Of a stretch of 64,000 bases of DNA, positions 8,042 to 17,073 are shown in pieces. The position numbers and the translations under genes are program-made. Source of the stretch: an uncultured virus (IMG/VR IMGVR_UViG_3300049215_000190) (Duplodnaviria; Heunggongvirae; Uroviricota; Caudoviricetes). Where the stretch lies: the IMG/VR virus record IMGVR_UViG_3300049215_000190. One strand, written 5' to 3'. Within the stretch, counting starts at the first letter, position 1, and each line of letters begins with the position of its first letter. The notes beneath the pieces are model-generated. The model was not told the origin of the DNA. It did no database searches and was given only the letters and a program-made list of their open reading frames with translations.

Positions 8042-10723
8042 TTAACCGCAGTCCCTTTGGCCTGTTGTTGGGTCAACGATGGCGCAAGTTATTTCCGTTT
8101 CTGGAGTTTGCTCAGTGTCTTTGGCAACAAGCAAAGCCATACGTTTACCATCCGAGTTGAACGTAGTGCAACCTTTGCAGCCGAGTTCCCAAGCGGTTTC
8201 ATAAATACGTTTGAAGTCATTCCATGGCATAGTTCCGTCCATGTTGATTGTCTTTGAAACGGCGCTATCGACTTGCGCTTGAGCAACGCCGAGAACAGCA
8301 ACGTGTTCTGCGGCGGTAACGCTAGATGAGAGCTTGCCTCGGATGTTGAGAAAAGCAACCCCGTAGTCTTGGACCGTTGCAAGTTCCGGCCCTGTGGGAG
8401 TGTTAATTTGGCGTTGAAGTTCGTAGGCAAAAACGGGCTCGATGCCGCCGGATACATTGTCGGCACAAAGAGAAATTGTGCCTGTAGGTGCGACCGATGT
8501 AAGATGACTGTTGCGGATGCCGTGGCGACGGATTTTGTCCTGCAATTCTGGTGAAAGAGATTTGATAAACTTGCCCTTGGCGTAGCGTTCACTATCGTAG
8601 AGGGCGAAGCTTCCCTTTTCTTTTGCCAGTTCTGTGCTGGCCCAATAGGTCCGTTCCTTGATAGTTTGCATAACTTTGCGTTCAAACTCAAGGAACTCGG
8701 CAGAGCCGTAAAGTAACCCACAGGCTTCGCCCGCGTTGGCTAGTCCCATGACGCCGAGACCCATGCGGCGCTTCGATAGAGCTTCAAGTTTTTGTTGCGG
8801 AAGTGGATAAAGAGTTCGGTCAATCACGTTGTCCATTCCGCGAACGACTACGGGAATATCCTCGATCAGTTGGTCGTAGTCAAAATAGTAATATACGTCT
8901 CCGTTTTGTTGCGATATTGGGCATAGTTGTAGGTATTTTACCAAGTTAAACGAGCCAAGAAGGCAAGCGCCAAACGGTGGAAGGGGCTGTTCCCCGCACG
9001 GATTAGTGGCAGCAATATTTTCCGCATACCACAAGTTGTTCATCTTGTTTATCGTGTCGATGAACACCACGCCGGGCTCGGCCCAATCCCACGTAGCCCG
9101 CATAATTTTTTCCCAAAACTCCTGCGCATCGACCGTTTTGTAAACTTGGCCGCCGAACGTAAGGTCAAAAGGCTTGCCAGCAGCGCGAGCTTCCATAAAA
9201 GCATCAGTGATGCCGATGGACAGGTTAAACCCTGTTAGGGCCGTGGTGTTTTGTTTGGCCCGGATAAATTCCTCAATGTCAGGATGATCGATGCGAAGTA
9301 TGCCCATTTGCGCGCCACGACGATGGCCCGAGGATGACGTGGCGAGACAAACGGAATTGAAGATGTTCATAAAAGACACAGGGCCGGTGGACTGGGTGTG
9401 GAGTTTGCGTATCAAATCGCCCCGCGGCCGAAGCGTAGAAAAATCATAGCCGATACCGCCGCCCATTCGCATAGTTGCTGCGGCTTCGTGCGCGCGGGAC
9501 ATGATAGAACCCGAGCCTTCTACAAACGAGTCTTCGATTGTGCCCGAAACATAACAATTTCCCGAGTGGAGGCCAGACGACAAAGTAAAACTATTTGTGG
9601 TGTTAACTACTGCACAGTAAACAATTTCAGCAGCTACAGGCTGCGGAGAAATATAAGCTACTCGCCATTTGTCATTCAAGTCTGGCACAAATCGGGCTTT
9701 ATGTTCTTGTCTTAAAAAATCCTCTTTTGATAAAAATCGCCGATCTAAACGCACGTTAGCAATAACTTTGTTTCTTATACCGTAATTTGTTTCCGAGCTA
9801 AGATAAGAATAACTCGTAACATGAAAATTAGCAATAGACCCGAATTGCTCTAGCCATTTTCTTTCGCTATCATTAATAGTAAGAATGACTTCGGGTTTAC
9901 TTGATACGGATCCGTCAGCGCAAAACCAACCGCGTAAAAAACCTTGAATATAACTATCTGAATAATCCAAATTTGGAAGTGTTTTAAAATTAGTCCAAGC
10001 ATTTTCGTCATAAAAATAGTATACTGTGTCCCCTTCATACGAAGGTGGATTACTATTTGGATAATTAGCCAGAAAACTAACCATAGCTTTTTCTTTAGGT
10101 TTGCAAAGCCGAACGTGAAACCCAAACCTATCCCGAGTTTGTGTTCCATCACCATAGATAAAACCGTGGACAACACCCTTGGCGTAATCTTGAGCATTTT
10201 CGGGTTCAATACACACAGCGCGAAAATCAATTCTATCATTACGTTTTAATTCTCGGGTAGTTATACGTTTGTTATCTTTAACCCAAGCGTGCTCCATAGT
10301 GGCGCGAATGGACAATCTTTTTCTGCCGTTTGTAAAAGAGATTTCGTGCAGAAGTTGTTCACCAAACGAACGAATACTAGCCCAAGTCCATTGACCTAAA
10401 CCATCAAGAACTCGCACAGTTTGGTCTACAATAGACTCAAGAGGGACTAAACCATAGTCACGAGTTAATGTTAAAGTTTCGCCTCCTAGGCAGTTATACG
10501 CCGTGGTGGCATGAGACGAACCTATGGCACCTTGTATGCGGCCACCAGGGCAAAAGCGCTGTAATAACAAAATTTGCCTTAGTTCGTGATAATGTTTTCC
10601 GTCGTCTTTTAAACCGTAAGCTACCCGGTTCATGGCTTCTCGAAAGTCTTCACCGATCCCGCGATATTTCATAGCATGAAGTGAGTCAGCGGCAGCGGTT
10701 TTAGGTCCGTAAGAATTACGCAT
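8042..10723 (-). CDS. nrdJ: class II (B12-dependent) ribonucleotide reductase with intein
   Basis: GGGIGYDFS.LRP, RRGAQM, NPCGEQPL, APTGTIS motifs; no small-subunit gene seen. Confidence 0.92.
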   Translation of the reverse strand: MRNSYGPKTAAADSLHAMKYRGIGEDFREAMNRVAYGLKDDGKHYHELRQILLLQRFCPGGRIQGAIGSSHATTAYNCLGGETLTLTRDYGLVPLESIVDQTVRVLDGLGQWTWASIRSFGEQLLHEISFTNGRKRLSIRATMEHAWVKDNKRITTRELKRNDRIDFRAVCIEPENAQDYAKGVVHGFIYGDGTQTRDRFGFHVRLCKPKEKAMVSFLANYPNSNPPSYEGDTVYYFYDENAWTNFKTLPNLDYSDSYIQGFLRGWFCADGSVSSKPEVILTINDSERKWLEQFGSIANFHVTSYSYLSSETNYGIRNKVIANVRLDRRFLSKEDFLRQEHKARFVPDLNDKWRVAYISPQPVAAEIVYCAVVNTTNSFTLSSGLHSGNCYVSGTIEDSFVEGSGSIMSRAHEAAATMRMGGGIGYDFSTLRPRGDLIRKLHTQSTGPVSFMNIFNSVCLATSSSGHRRGAQMGILRIDHPDIEEFIRAKQNTTALTGFNLSIGITDAFMEARAAGKPFDLTFGGQVYKTVDAQEFWEKIMRATWDWAEPGVVFIDTINKMNNLWYAENIAATNPCGEQPLPPFGACLLGSFNLVKYLQLCPISQQNGDVYYYFDYDQLIEDIPVVVRGMDNVIDRTLYPLPQQKLEALSKRRMGLGVMGLANAGEACGLLYGSAEFLEFERKVMQTIKERTYWASTELAKEKGSFALYDSERYAKGKFIKSLSPELQDKIRRHGIRNSHLTSVAPTGTISLCADNVSGGIEPVFAYELQRQINTPTGPELATVQDYGVAFLNIRGKLSSSVTAAEHVAVLGVAQAQVDSAVSKTINMDGTMPWNDFKRIYETAWELGCKGCTTFNSDGKRMALLVAKDTEQTPETEITCAIVDPTTGQRDCG
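9557..10492 (-). mobile_element. intein with LAGLIDADG-type endonuclease in nrdJ (312 aa)
   Basis: Starts CLGGET after TAYN, ends LHSGN before C; GFIYGDG and FLRGWFCADG blocks; AT-rich. Confidence 0.92.
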
Positions 10724-10746
10724 TTGGTTTTTCTTTCGTGTTAGGG

Positions 10747-10785
10747 TAGAGATATGGGAAAGGGTGACACTTGCAGATATGCCTT
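10747..10785. repeat. 39-bp dispersed palindrome, copy 2
   Basis: TAGAGATAT GGGA AAGGG TGA CACTT GCAG ATATGCCTT, between helicase and nrdJ. Confidence 0.9.
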
Positions 10786-11973
10786 CTAGCTTTTACCAAA
10801 GTTTCCTAACGGATTTGGTATCCACTCATCGGGATATGGTCCTCTTTTAAAGTATCCTGTGCGTTCAGCCGCTTCGATAAGTTTCGGAATACGATCAGAC
10901 GTAACGCGAGTATGGAGAAATTCATAAAATACTTGTTGATGAACGGGTTTGCGCTTGTCAATAGCAACGCTGGACCAGATGCGATAAACGTGAAAGTGCA
11001 AGTCGGATATAACTTGCACGTCACTTTTTGCACCCATTGCGCGGAAAATATCTGGCATGGTTTTTTCGGCTTCAAGCATCCAGTCTTTTGCCCGTTCAAA
11101 ATCTTCAACCTCAACTATGTTGATACCTGGCGACCGTGACACCGAACTAATCATAGCAAGCTTGATTGCGTGGAGTGCGCGGCGACCGTTATAGTGGAGC
11201 AATTTGCTGTGGTCCGGGCGTGGAGGGCAACCGGCACGGTTCCACGCATTGATTTCATCAATAGCAGTCCGAGTCCATTTAAACTCGCCTTTGATTTGAA
11301 ACATATCGACGAGCTTGGACTCAAGCGCGGCCGATTTGACTTCTACGGCGGCGAATAAGTCGGCCGATGTCGCCACGTCGGCATAAATCATAATGAGCCT
11401 AGAGGTAAAACCCATGCCCCAAGCTTCTTCGGGAAGAAAAGAGTTAAGAAAATCCGGTTGCGTGGCCGCAAGCATGACAAGATATGGTTTGTTAATTTCA
11501 ATAATACCCGCCGTGCGACGTTCTTCTTTGTAACTTGCCGGCGAGTCGTATATGTGATTGAGAACGGAAAGAAATTCTGTATCATGGTGAGTGAAGAAAA
11601 CTCCAAATTCCGAACATGGCACTGCCATGGCTGAAAACGTATAGGCCGAGTCCGCGCCGTTAATTATAGTGCGAAGCGAGCGCGATAGTGCGTCGATCAA
11701 CGCGGCTTTTGTTACGTTATCGGGAGAAATATTTAGACCCTTGACACGGGACCACAAATCGCGTATAGGTCGGATTGCGTTGGTTTTACCCGCGGCAGGT
11801 GGACCCACTAAAACTGTAAATAGATTTGGATATATCGGACCAGCGCTCCCCATGGTATGCACTTTGCGTTCCAGCACGCCACTGATAGCCGTAATAGCGC
11901 TCCACAGGCGAAAAGGTTCTGGACTTGGCACGGCCTTTGTAGCTTCCACGTAACTATCAATCCAGTCCGACAT
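10786..11973 (-). CDS. DUF3987-like P-loop protein, putative replicative helicase
   Basis: YPNLFTVLVGPPAAGKT Walker A; SEFG; GFTSR; adjacent to the polymerase. Confidence 0.7.
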   Translation of the reverse strand: MSDWIDSYVEATKAVPSPEPFRLWSAITAISGVLERKVHTMGSAGPIYPNLFTVLVGPPAAGKTNAIRPIRDLWSRVKGLNISPDNVTKAALIDALSRSLRTIINGADSAYTFSAMAVPCSEFGVFFTHHDTEFLSVLNHIYDSPASYKEERRTAGIIEINKPYLVMLAATQPDFLNSFLPEEAWGMGFTSRLIMIYADVATSADLFAAVEVKSAALESKLVDMFQIKGEFKWTRTAIDEINAWNRAGCPPRPDHSKLLHYNGRRALHAIKLAMISSVSRSPGINIVEVEDFERAKDWMLEAEKTMPDIFRAMGAKSDVQVISDLHFHVYRIWSSVAIDKRKPVHQQVFYEFLHTRVTSDRIPKLIEAAERTGYFKRGPYPDEWIPNPLGNFGKS

Positions 11974-11988
11974 ATTGTTGACCGATCC

Positions 11989-14337
11989 TCACACTTTGGC
12001 CTTGAACGCTTTAAGGTCTTTGGACAGACCGCGTGGGTTCTTTTCGCTTTTATTGCCCCAGTTGTAGCCGAGTTTGGCTTCTGTGGGGACGGCAAATTTG
12101 CGCCCGTTTGGCGCGGTTAGTGTGACGGTGAGATGATGGCAAGCTTCAGCAACTACGTCTTGGGGATTGAGAGTTTCGGGAAATTGAAAATATACAGCAT
12201 CATGAACTTGGGCAAGCAAATGAACATGGGGCATATGACGCCAAATGCGCCACATACCGAGGTTAAGATTATCGGCGGTGGCTGCGGCAGCAAGAAACGC
12301 GAGGGCTTTGCGGAGGGTTTCATCGGCATTTGTGCGGTCAAAAAAGTCACGATGGCGGCCGTGGATAGATACAAGTCGGCGTTTGGTTTGTAATTCTGCC
12401 GCTGTCCATGAATGCCACATAGGAATGGCGGGAAAGCCGTCGAAGTATTTTTCCTGAAAAGGTTCCACAAGATTAAGCGGAATGTGAATAAGGCGCGAAA
12501 GCGTCGGGGCTTTGCCTAGGAAATTAGTATTTCCTGTCACGGAAATTTTTCCATTCCGCCGCACATAAAATGCCTGTGTAGGCACCGAAGGGCAAAATAC
12601 TCTGTTAGTTTCTTCGCTGATAGTTCTTTGCTTCTGCTCTACATTAGTAAATAGACGATTGTTTATTTGTAACCGAAATATAGTAGAACCGAAACCTGAT
12701 ATATAAGGTTTGCTTATATTACCCCCTTTTCCTACAAGACGGTTGCAAGTCCGTATCCAGTCCAAATGTTCTTTGTCTACCGAAGACAAAGTAAGGCTTC
12801 GTGTAGAACCTGACTCAAATAAAGTTCCGTCCCAATACTGAAATTCGTCAAGATACGCTTCTAGTGAAGCGGTAGGCCAGTTTAGCAAATAAGACCCAGC
12901 TTTCTTAGGCCAATCTCGGATATTATCAATAGTAACTGCGGCTTTTGTTTTGTCTTCACCTTGACTATAAAGTAGTCCGGCGTCTAAAGCCAGTTCTTCA
13001 AGTCGGTCAAATTTGCGAGCCTTTTTCATATGGAAACGCGCTTGACGCCCTACTCCACTAAAGTCACCGTCACATTGGTAGGCGGCGAGTAGCCTAGCAA
13101 GTGAGGGAGTCCAATCGGAACTTGTATTGTTACTGTAGCCTTCGCCGAGAGGTATTCGGGCGCTAGAAGGAACGTGTAGCGCGCTAGTAACAGCCAGTTT
13201 TTCATCTGTTGTCGTCGTGTAATAGACACGATGCGGTCCAGTCATCTTAATGGACAAAGATAAATTATCCCATTCGCAAAAAGGTCCCGACCACATTTTA
13301 TCTACCCAAGTGTTTACTAGAGTAAATGTAGAAATCTTTTGTATCGGATCAAATTGCATTATTACGCTAGGCTTTGTTGCGATAGGAACCCAACCTAACG
13401 GTGTCAATACTTCGTGATCTTCTGTAAGGCAACCATGGCCGAGTTTTTTACAACAATCCCGATAAGTGAAGTGGCGATAAAACGGGACTTCTGCTATAGC
13501 TTTGTCCTTCTTTAAATCGCCTGTCCATTTTAAATCGGGCCAAGTCATTTTGGCTACAGCGGTATGGAGATCGCCGCTTTCGCAAGCGTCAAGATAGCCC
13601 CAATCATCAAACAACAAGCCGCACATATAACCGACCATCCGACTGTCGCTTTGCGACGCATCAATGCCGCAGAGAACGTGGCCGGGATCGGGAATGAGAA
13701 TATGGCGCAGTTCTTCGCTGATGTTTTGCAGGTTTCCGCCGGTGCCGGTGGGAGATTTGGAAGACGAGAAGCGGGCGGATTTAGTTCCGCCGATGTTATA
13801 CGACGTTCTCATCCGCCAATCGCGATCAACTTCGGTTTCGAGCACTTGAAGTTGCTTTTCAAGATTGCGGTATTCTAGGACGCAGGCAGCAATGGGCCGA
13901 GCTTGGAAATAGTCCTCAACCTGTTCGATGATTGAGCGATCCATCGGAAACTTTAGTTCACCTTTGATCCAAGCTTTGATTTCGGGCACCGCTAGGCGGC
14001 CGTAGAATAGTTCCTTGAGTTGTTGGCCCGAGTTTGGGTTTAAATCGCGGTCCCAAACAGCTTGAGCAAGCTGGTTGATGATGTAAGTTTGGCGGTCGAG
14101 TTGTCGGCGGGTTTCTTGAATGGCAAGTTCTCGCGGACCGGGATCGACACGAAAACCTCGCAGCATCATTTCAAGCACGGGGGCTTGAAGGGCTAGTTCA
14201 AAGTTATAGGCTGGCTGCGCGTCTGGAGCCTGCTCACGGAGTTTGTTAAAAATTTCATGTGTCAAGCAGCAGTCGAGCGCGTTATAAACTTGCTCGGAAC
14301 CGGAGCTTGTGTCTAACAGATGAGAACCGACTAGCAT
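11989..14337 (-). CDS. polA: family A DNA polymerase (polymerase part plus ExoIII) with intein
   Basis: RFSSS...GGNLQN, D.SQSDSR, GDLH, QVHDA motifs; YNALD near the N-terminus. Confidence 0.92.
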   Translation of the reverse strand: MLVGSHLLDTSSGSEQVYNALDCCLTHEIFNKLREQAPDAQPAYNFELALQAPVLEMMLRGFRVDPGPRELAIQETRRQLDRQTYIINQLAQAVWDRDLNPNSGQQLKELFYGRLAVPEIKAWIKGELKFPMDRSIIEQVEDYFQARPIAACVLEYRNLEKQLQVLETEVDRDWRMRTSYNIGGTKSARFSSSKSPTGTGGNLQNISEELRHILIPDPGHVLCGIDASQSDSRMVGYMCGLLFDDWGYLDACESGDLHTAVAKMTWPDLKWTGDLKKDKAIAEVPFYRHFTYRDCCKKLGHGCLTEDHEVLTPLGWVPIATKPSVIMQFDPIQKISTFTLVNTWVDKMWSGPFCEWDNLSLSIKMTGPHRVYYTTTTDEKLAVTSALHVPSSARIPLGEGYSNNTSSDWTPSLARLLAAYQCDGDFSGVGRQARFHMKKARKFDRLEELALDAGLLYSQGEDKTKAAVTIDNIRDWPKKAGSYLLNWPTASLEAYLDEFQYWDGTLFESGSTRSLTLSSVDKEHLDWIRTCNRLVGKGGNISKPYISGFGSTIFRLQINNRLFTNVEQKQRTISEETNRVFCPSVPTQAFYVRRNGKISVTGNTNFLGKAPTLSRLIHIPLNLVEPFQEKYFDGFPAIPMWHSWTAAELQTKRRLVSIHGRHRDFFDRTNADETLRKALAFLAAAATADNLNLGMWRIWRHMPHVHLLAQVHDAVYFQFPETLNPQDVVAEACHHLTVTLTAPNGRKFAVPTEAKLGYNWGNKSEKNPRGLSKDLKAFKAKV
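12529..13431 (-). mobile_element. intein in polymerase motif B (301 aa)
   Basis: Starts CLTEDHEVLTP.GW after KKLGHG, ends VRRNGKISVTGN before T; AAYQCDG and YWDG endonuclease-like blocks. Confidence 0.92.
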
Positions 14338-14515
14338 CAGTTTGATCCTTTCAGTTCCTTATGGTATTTTTCCCGTTCAACTAAAATATTGACCCAATAC
14401 TCACGGAAGTATGGGGCAATGATTTGTTTTAGGCCGAATAGGCAAAGGACTAGATAGAAAAAATGAGAAGTATAGATCCGAGCTTTTAGCCAAATAAGGG
14501 AAATATTATGGCGCA

Positions 14516-14716
14516 TTAGTTTAGTTCCTTTTCAATCAGCCGTTTTACGTTTTTAAAATTCTTGATGTTTTCTACCGTCTTTTCCAATAAGTCCCTAGAT
14601 GTAGGGACTTGCAAGTTTTGAAAGCCGAAACTTATGGCGGCATCACAATTTTTCAGCAAAAATTCAGCAAGTTCTGTGGACAGTTCTATTGGGATCGGGG
14701 GATTGTTTGTGGTCAT
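14516..14716 (-). CDS. hypothetical protein
   Basis: MTTNNPP... start overlaps the upstream stop. Confidence 0.5.
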   Translation of the reverse strand: MTTNNPPIPIELSTELAEFLLKNCDAAISFGFQNLQVPTSRDLLEKTVENIKNFKNVKRLIEKELN

Positions 14717-14892
14717 CAAATTAATCCCTTTTCCTTTGCGAGCCATTTAGGCATTGCCATGGTTTTATTGTCCGAGTCCCATTCGCATTGAGACTTGGGC
14801 AACCAAACTGCGGTTTTTCCGTCAAAAAATCTGTAGGCGTGCGGGGTTTGCGCCGTGATTTCACCCGCAATATCGACAAGATCAGATTTCAT
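14716..14892 (-). CDS. small phage protein (58 aa, not in the ORF track)
   Basis: Hand translation MKSDLVDIAGE...VWLPKSQCEW...MPKWLAKEKGLI; coupled to neighbouring genes. Confidence 0.7.
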   Translation of the reverse strand: MKSDLVDIAGEITAQTPHAYRFFDGKTAVWLPKSQCEWDSDNKTMAMPKWLAKEKGLI

Positions 14893-14894
14893 GG

Positions 14895-15311
14895 CTATTG
14901 TCCTTCCTCGCTATCTATTGTCTTTTCCTCTAGGTCTTGTGTTTTAGTTACTATTTTTAGTTCAATTTTTATATCTGTTTTTTCTTCTTTTTTCTCGCAA
15001 TGGGCTTCGAGCATTTCGATCCACTTTTTTCTATGCACAAACTTTTTATCTGCCCGAAGTTCTATAGCTTTTTGATTTAGGTTAAAATGATTTACTACCG
15101 TATCAAGAACAGAGTACACGTCGGCAACTTCTTCAAGAAGCGCCAGCATGTTGAGTTCTGAAGTTTCTGGATTAAGCCCGTAAAGCCCTTGAATAAGACA
15201 GCGATCTTTGATGGCTATTAGTTCACCTAGTTCTTCGCCCAATTTGCCCAATATAGCAATGTCCACTGGCAATGACATCGGTATCCAAAGTTCTGGTTCT
15301 TCACGAGACAT
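14895..15311 (-). CDS. MazG-like nucleotide pyrophosphohydrolase
   Basis: KLGEELGEL...LLEEVADV; AAGGAAC RBS before MSREE. Confidence 0.65.
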   Translation of the reverse strand: MSREEPELWIPMSLPVDIAILGKLGEELGELIAIKDRCLIQGLYGLNPETSELNMLALLEEVADVYSVLDTVVNHFNLNQKAIELRADKKFVHRKKWIEMLEAHCEKKEEKTDIKIELKIVTKTQDLEEKTIDSEEGQ

Positions 15312-15327
15312 AGTTTGTTCCTTTCCG

Positions 15328-16422
15328 TTATTCATCACGTTTGAGATTGTTGCCTTTGCCTGACATAGTTTTCCAAGCAATTTCATCGGAATATACCGAG
15401 CCTAAGAAACCGAGTCCTTTGAGCATTTCGGGATATAACGCGTGGTGCAAAAGCATAGTATCGTCTTGGCACATCTGCGGGCGAAAGCCAATCCGAAGCA
15501 AGTGGGTCAAATCATACACACCGTTTTGGAAGATTTTTGGTACGGGTTTTTCTAGCGCACGTTCAGCTAAACGCCATGCTTTGACTTCCTCGGTGGCCGT
15601 AGGCCAGTAATTTCCGCCGGGCTTGGTTTCGTCAAAGAACGGAATAACCATAGCGTCGTCGTGCGACCGGGCGAAGCCGATCATAGCAATTTGGCCCCGA
15701 AGGTAATGGTTTTGTGCGCCAATTTTAACCTTCGGATTTTCGATATCGACCGCGTAAAAATCCGCAGGACGGTCAAGCCATTTTTCTATTTCGGCTAACG
15801 TGGGTTCCACGGTCAGCCAACGTTCGATCCTGTTTACTTCCGATGTTTTAGCTTCGCGCTGGACTTTTTCGAGATCAGACAACACGATTGGCCGAAGGTT
15901 CCACTGACGTAAAATTGCAGCCGGATGATAGGTTGGCAAAACCTTGCAACCAAGCCGGTCGGAGCGTTTGATCGTTCCGCGCAAAGCGGATATTTTGGTT
16001 TCTCCTAGCACTGCCCAGCAAGCTGTGTTGCCGAAAGCTACAATTATATTCGGCCCGGCTTGTTTTATATTATACCAAAGGTTTTCGAGATGATGGGCCA
16101 TTTCGGGTAAAAGAAATTTACCCTTTTTCAACGGCGGAAGCTTAGTATTACCTTCCTTTGCGTTCGTGAAGAAAAGCTCAATATTGTTGTCCCGCGGCCT
16201 TGCGTTGAAAACGTTCATAAGCTCTATGCCGTTTTCCTCTTTTATTTTTTTCCAAAATGCAATCATTTCGTATTCCGATGGGCGTGGATGGCCGACGGGC
16301 GGAACAAGCCCGGCTTCATGTAGCATCTTAGCGAGTTCCACGCCGCTGTAGCCGACAAAGGCGTGCTCGAACAAAGCCTCGCGAGCACCCCAAGCTTCGC
16401 CTAAAAGTATTATTTTACTCAA
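15328..16422 (-). CDS. family-4-like uracil-DNA glycosylase fused to the N-terminal part of a 3'-5' exonuclease
   Basis: GEAWG..E..F.G.SG and PTYHPAA (UDG); AVDIE, QNGVYD, DTMLLHH (ExoI/ExoII); TTG start after GGAG. Confidence 0.85.
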   Translation of the reverse strand: MSKIILLGEAWGAREALFEHAFVGYSGVELAKMLHEAGLVPPVGHPRPSEYEMIAFWKKIKEENGIELMNVFNARPRDNNIELFFTNAKEGNTKLPPLKKGKFLLPEMAHHLENLWYNIKQAGPNIIVAFGNTACWAVLGETKISALRGTIKRSDRLGCKVLPTYHPAAILRQWNLRPIVLSDLEKVQREAKTSEVNRIERWLTVEPTLAEIEKWLDRPADFYAVDIENPKVKIGAQNHYLRGQIAMIGFARSHDDAMVIPFFDETKPGGNYWPTATEEVKAWRLAERALEKPVPKIFQNGVYDLTHLLRIGFRPQMCQDDTMLLHHALYPEMLKGLGFLGSVYSDEIAWKTMSGKGNNLKRDE

Positions 16423-16645
16423 GATCGGATACTCCGTTTTGCAAAGCAAAACAATACAGAGAAACTAAAGAGAGCCTAAATTCCGAAGGACAACCTTTAA
16501 AATATTCTATAGTAAGTGTTTCTATAAATCGGGCAACTTCATAAACGCTATGACCTTCGCCGTGCATGTCTTCCAATAAGTGCAAAGCTTTTTGTTTAAA
16601 CAAAAGCATTTGTTCTTCTGATAAGTTATGATTTTCGGTAATCAT
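16415..16645 (-). CDS. hypothetical protein
   Basis: Tightly packed ORF in the operon. Confidence 0.5.
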   Translation of the reverse strand: MITENHNLSEEQMLLFKQKALHLLEDMHGEGHSVYEVARFIETLTIEYFKGCPSEFRLSLVSLYCFALQNGVSDLE

Positions 16646-16854
16646 GGATCAATTCCCATTTCCATAAGCTTATGCACAACTAACATTGCTGTTCGTTTAG
16701 CTTCCGAAAGTTTTTCACAAGCAGAATAACATAATGAATTGCGATGAACACGAAAAGGATAAACACCAGAGGCGTGGACAATACAAATTTGAGTGCCGAC
16801 AAGGCTAATACAACCTTCGGATACCAGTTTCCACTTCGCTTCTTCAAGCTTCAT
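16642..16854 (-). CDS. hypothetical protein
   Basis: AAGGAAC RBS; overlapping junctions. Confidence 0.55.
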   Translation of the reverse strand: MKLEEAKWKLVSEGCISLVGTQICIVHASGVYPFRVHRNSLCYSACEKLSEAKRTAMLVVHKLMEMGIDP

Positions 16855-17071
16855 CTTTTTGTTCCTTCGGAAAACGTAAGGCTGTTACGTTATGTTCAAC
16901 ACGAATGTCGGCATTATTATAGGACCAAATTTCGCCGGTGTGTTGACCATCACGAATTACACAGACCCATACGAGATCGTTCTCAAAGCCGTAGTCTATC
17001 ACCCAATGGCAAATAGCTTTGCCTTTTGGGGTTAGGACGGGAATTGGATGGTTTAGTTCCGTAAAAGCCAC
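16844..17071 (-). CDS. hypothetical phage protein
   Basis: LN.PIPV.TPKG...IDYG.E.DL.WV pattern typical of small phage proteins. Confidence 0.65.
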   Translation of the reverse strand: MAFTELNHPIPVLTPKGKAICHWVIDYGFENDLVWVCVIRDGQHTGEIWSYNNADIRVEHNVTALRFPKEQKDEA

Positions 17072-17073
17072 TG

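Noticed and set aside
14338..15327. Self-splicing intron splitting the polymerase
   Set aside because: The interval is filled with coupled ORFs with their own RBSs; no intron features or homing endonuclease recognised, though not excluded without RT-PCR
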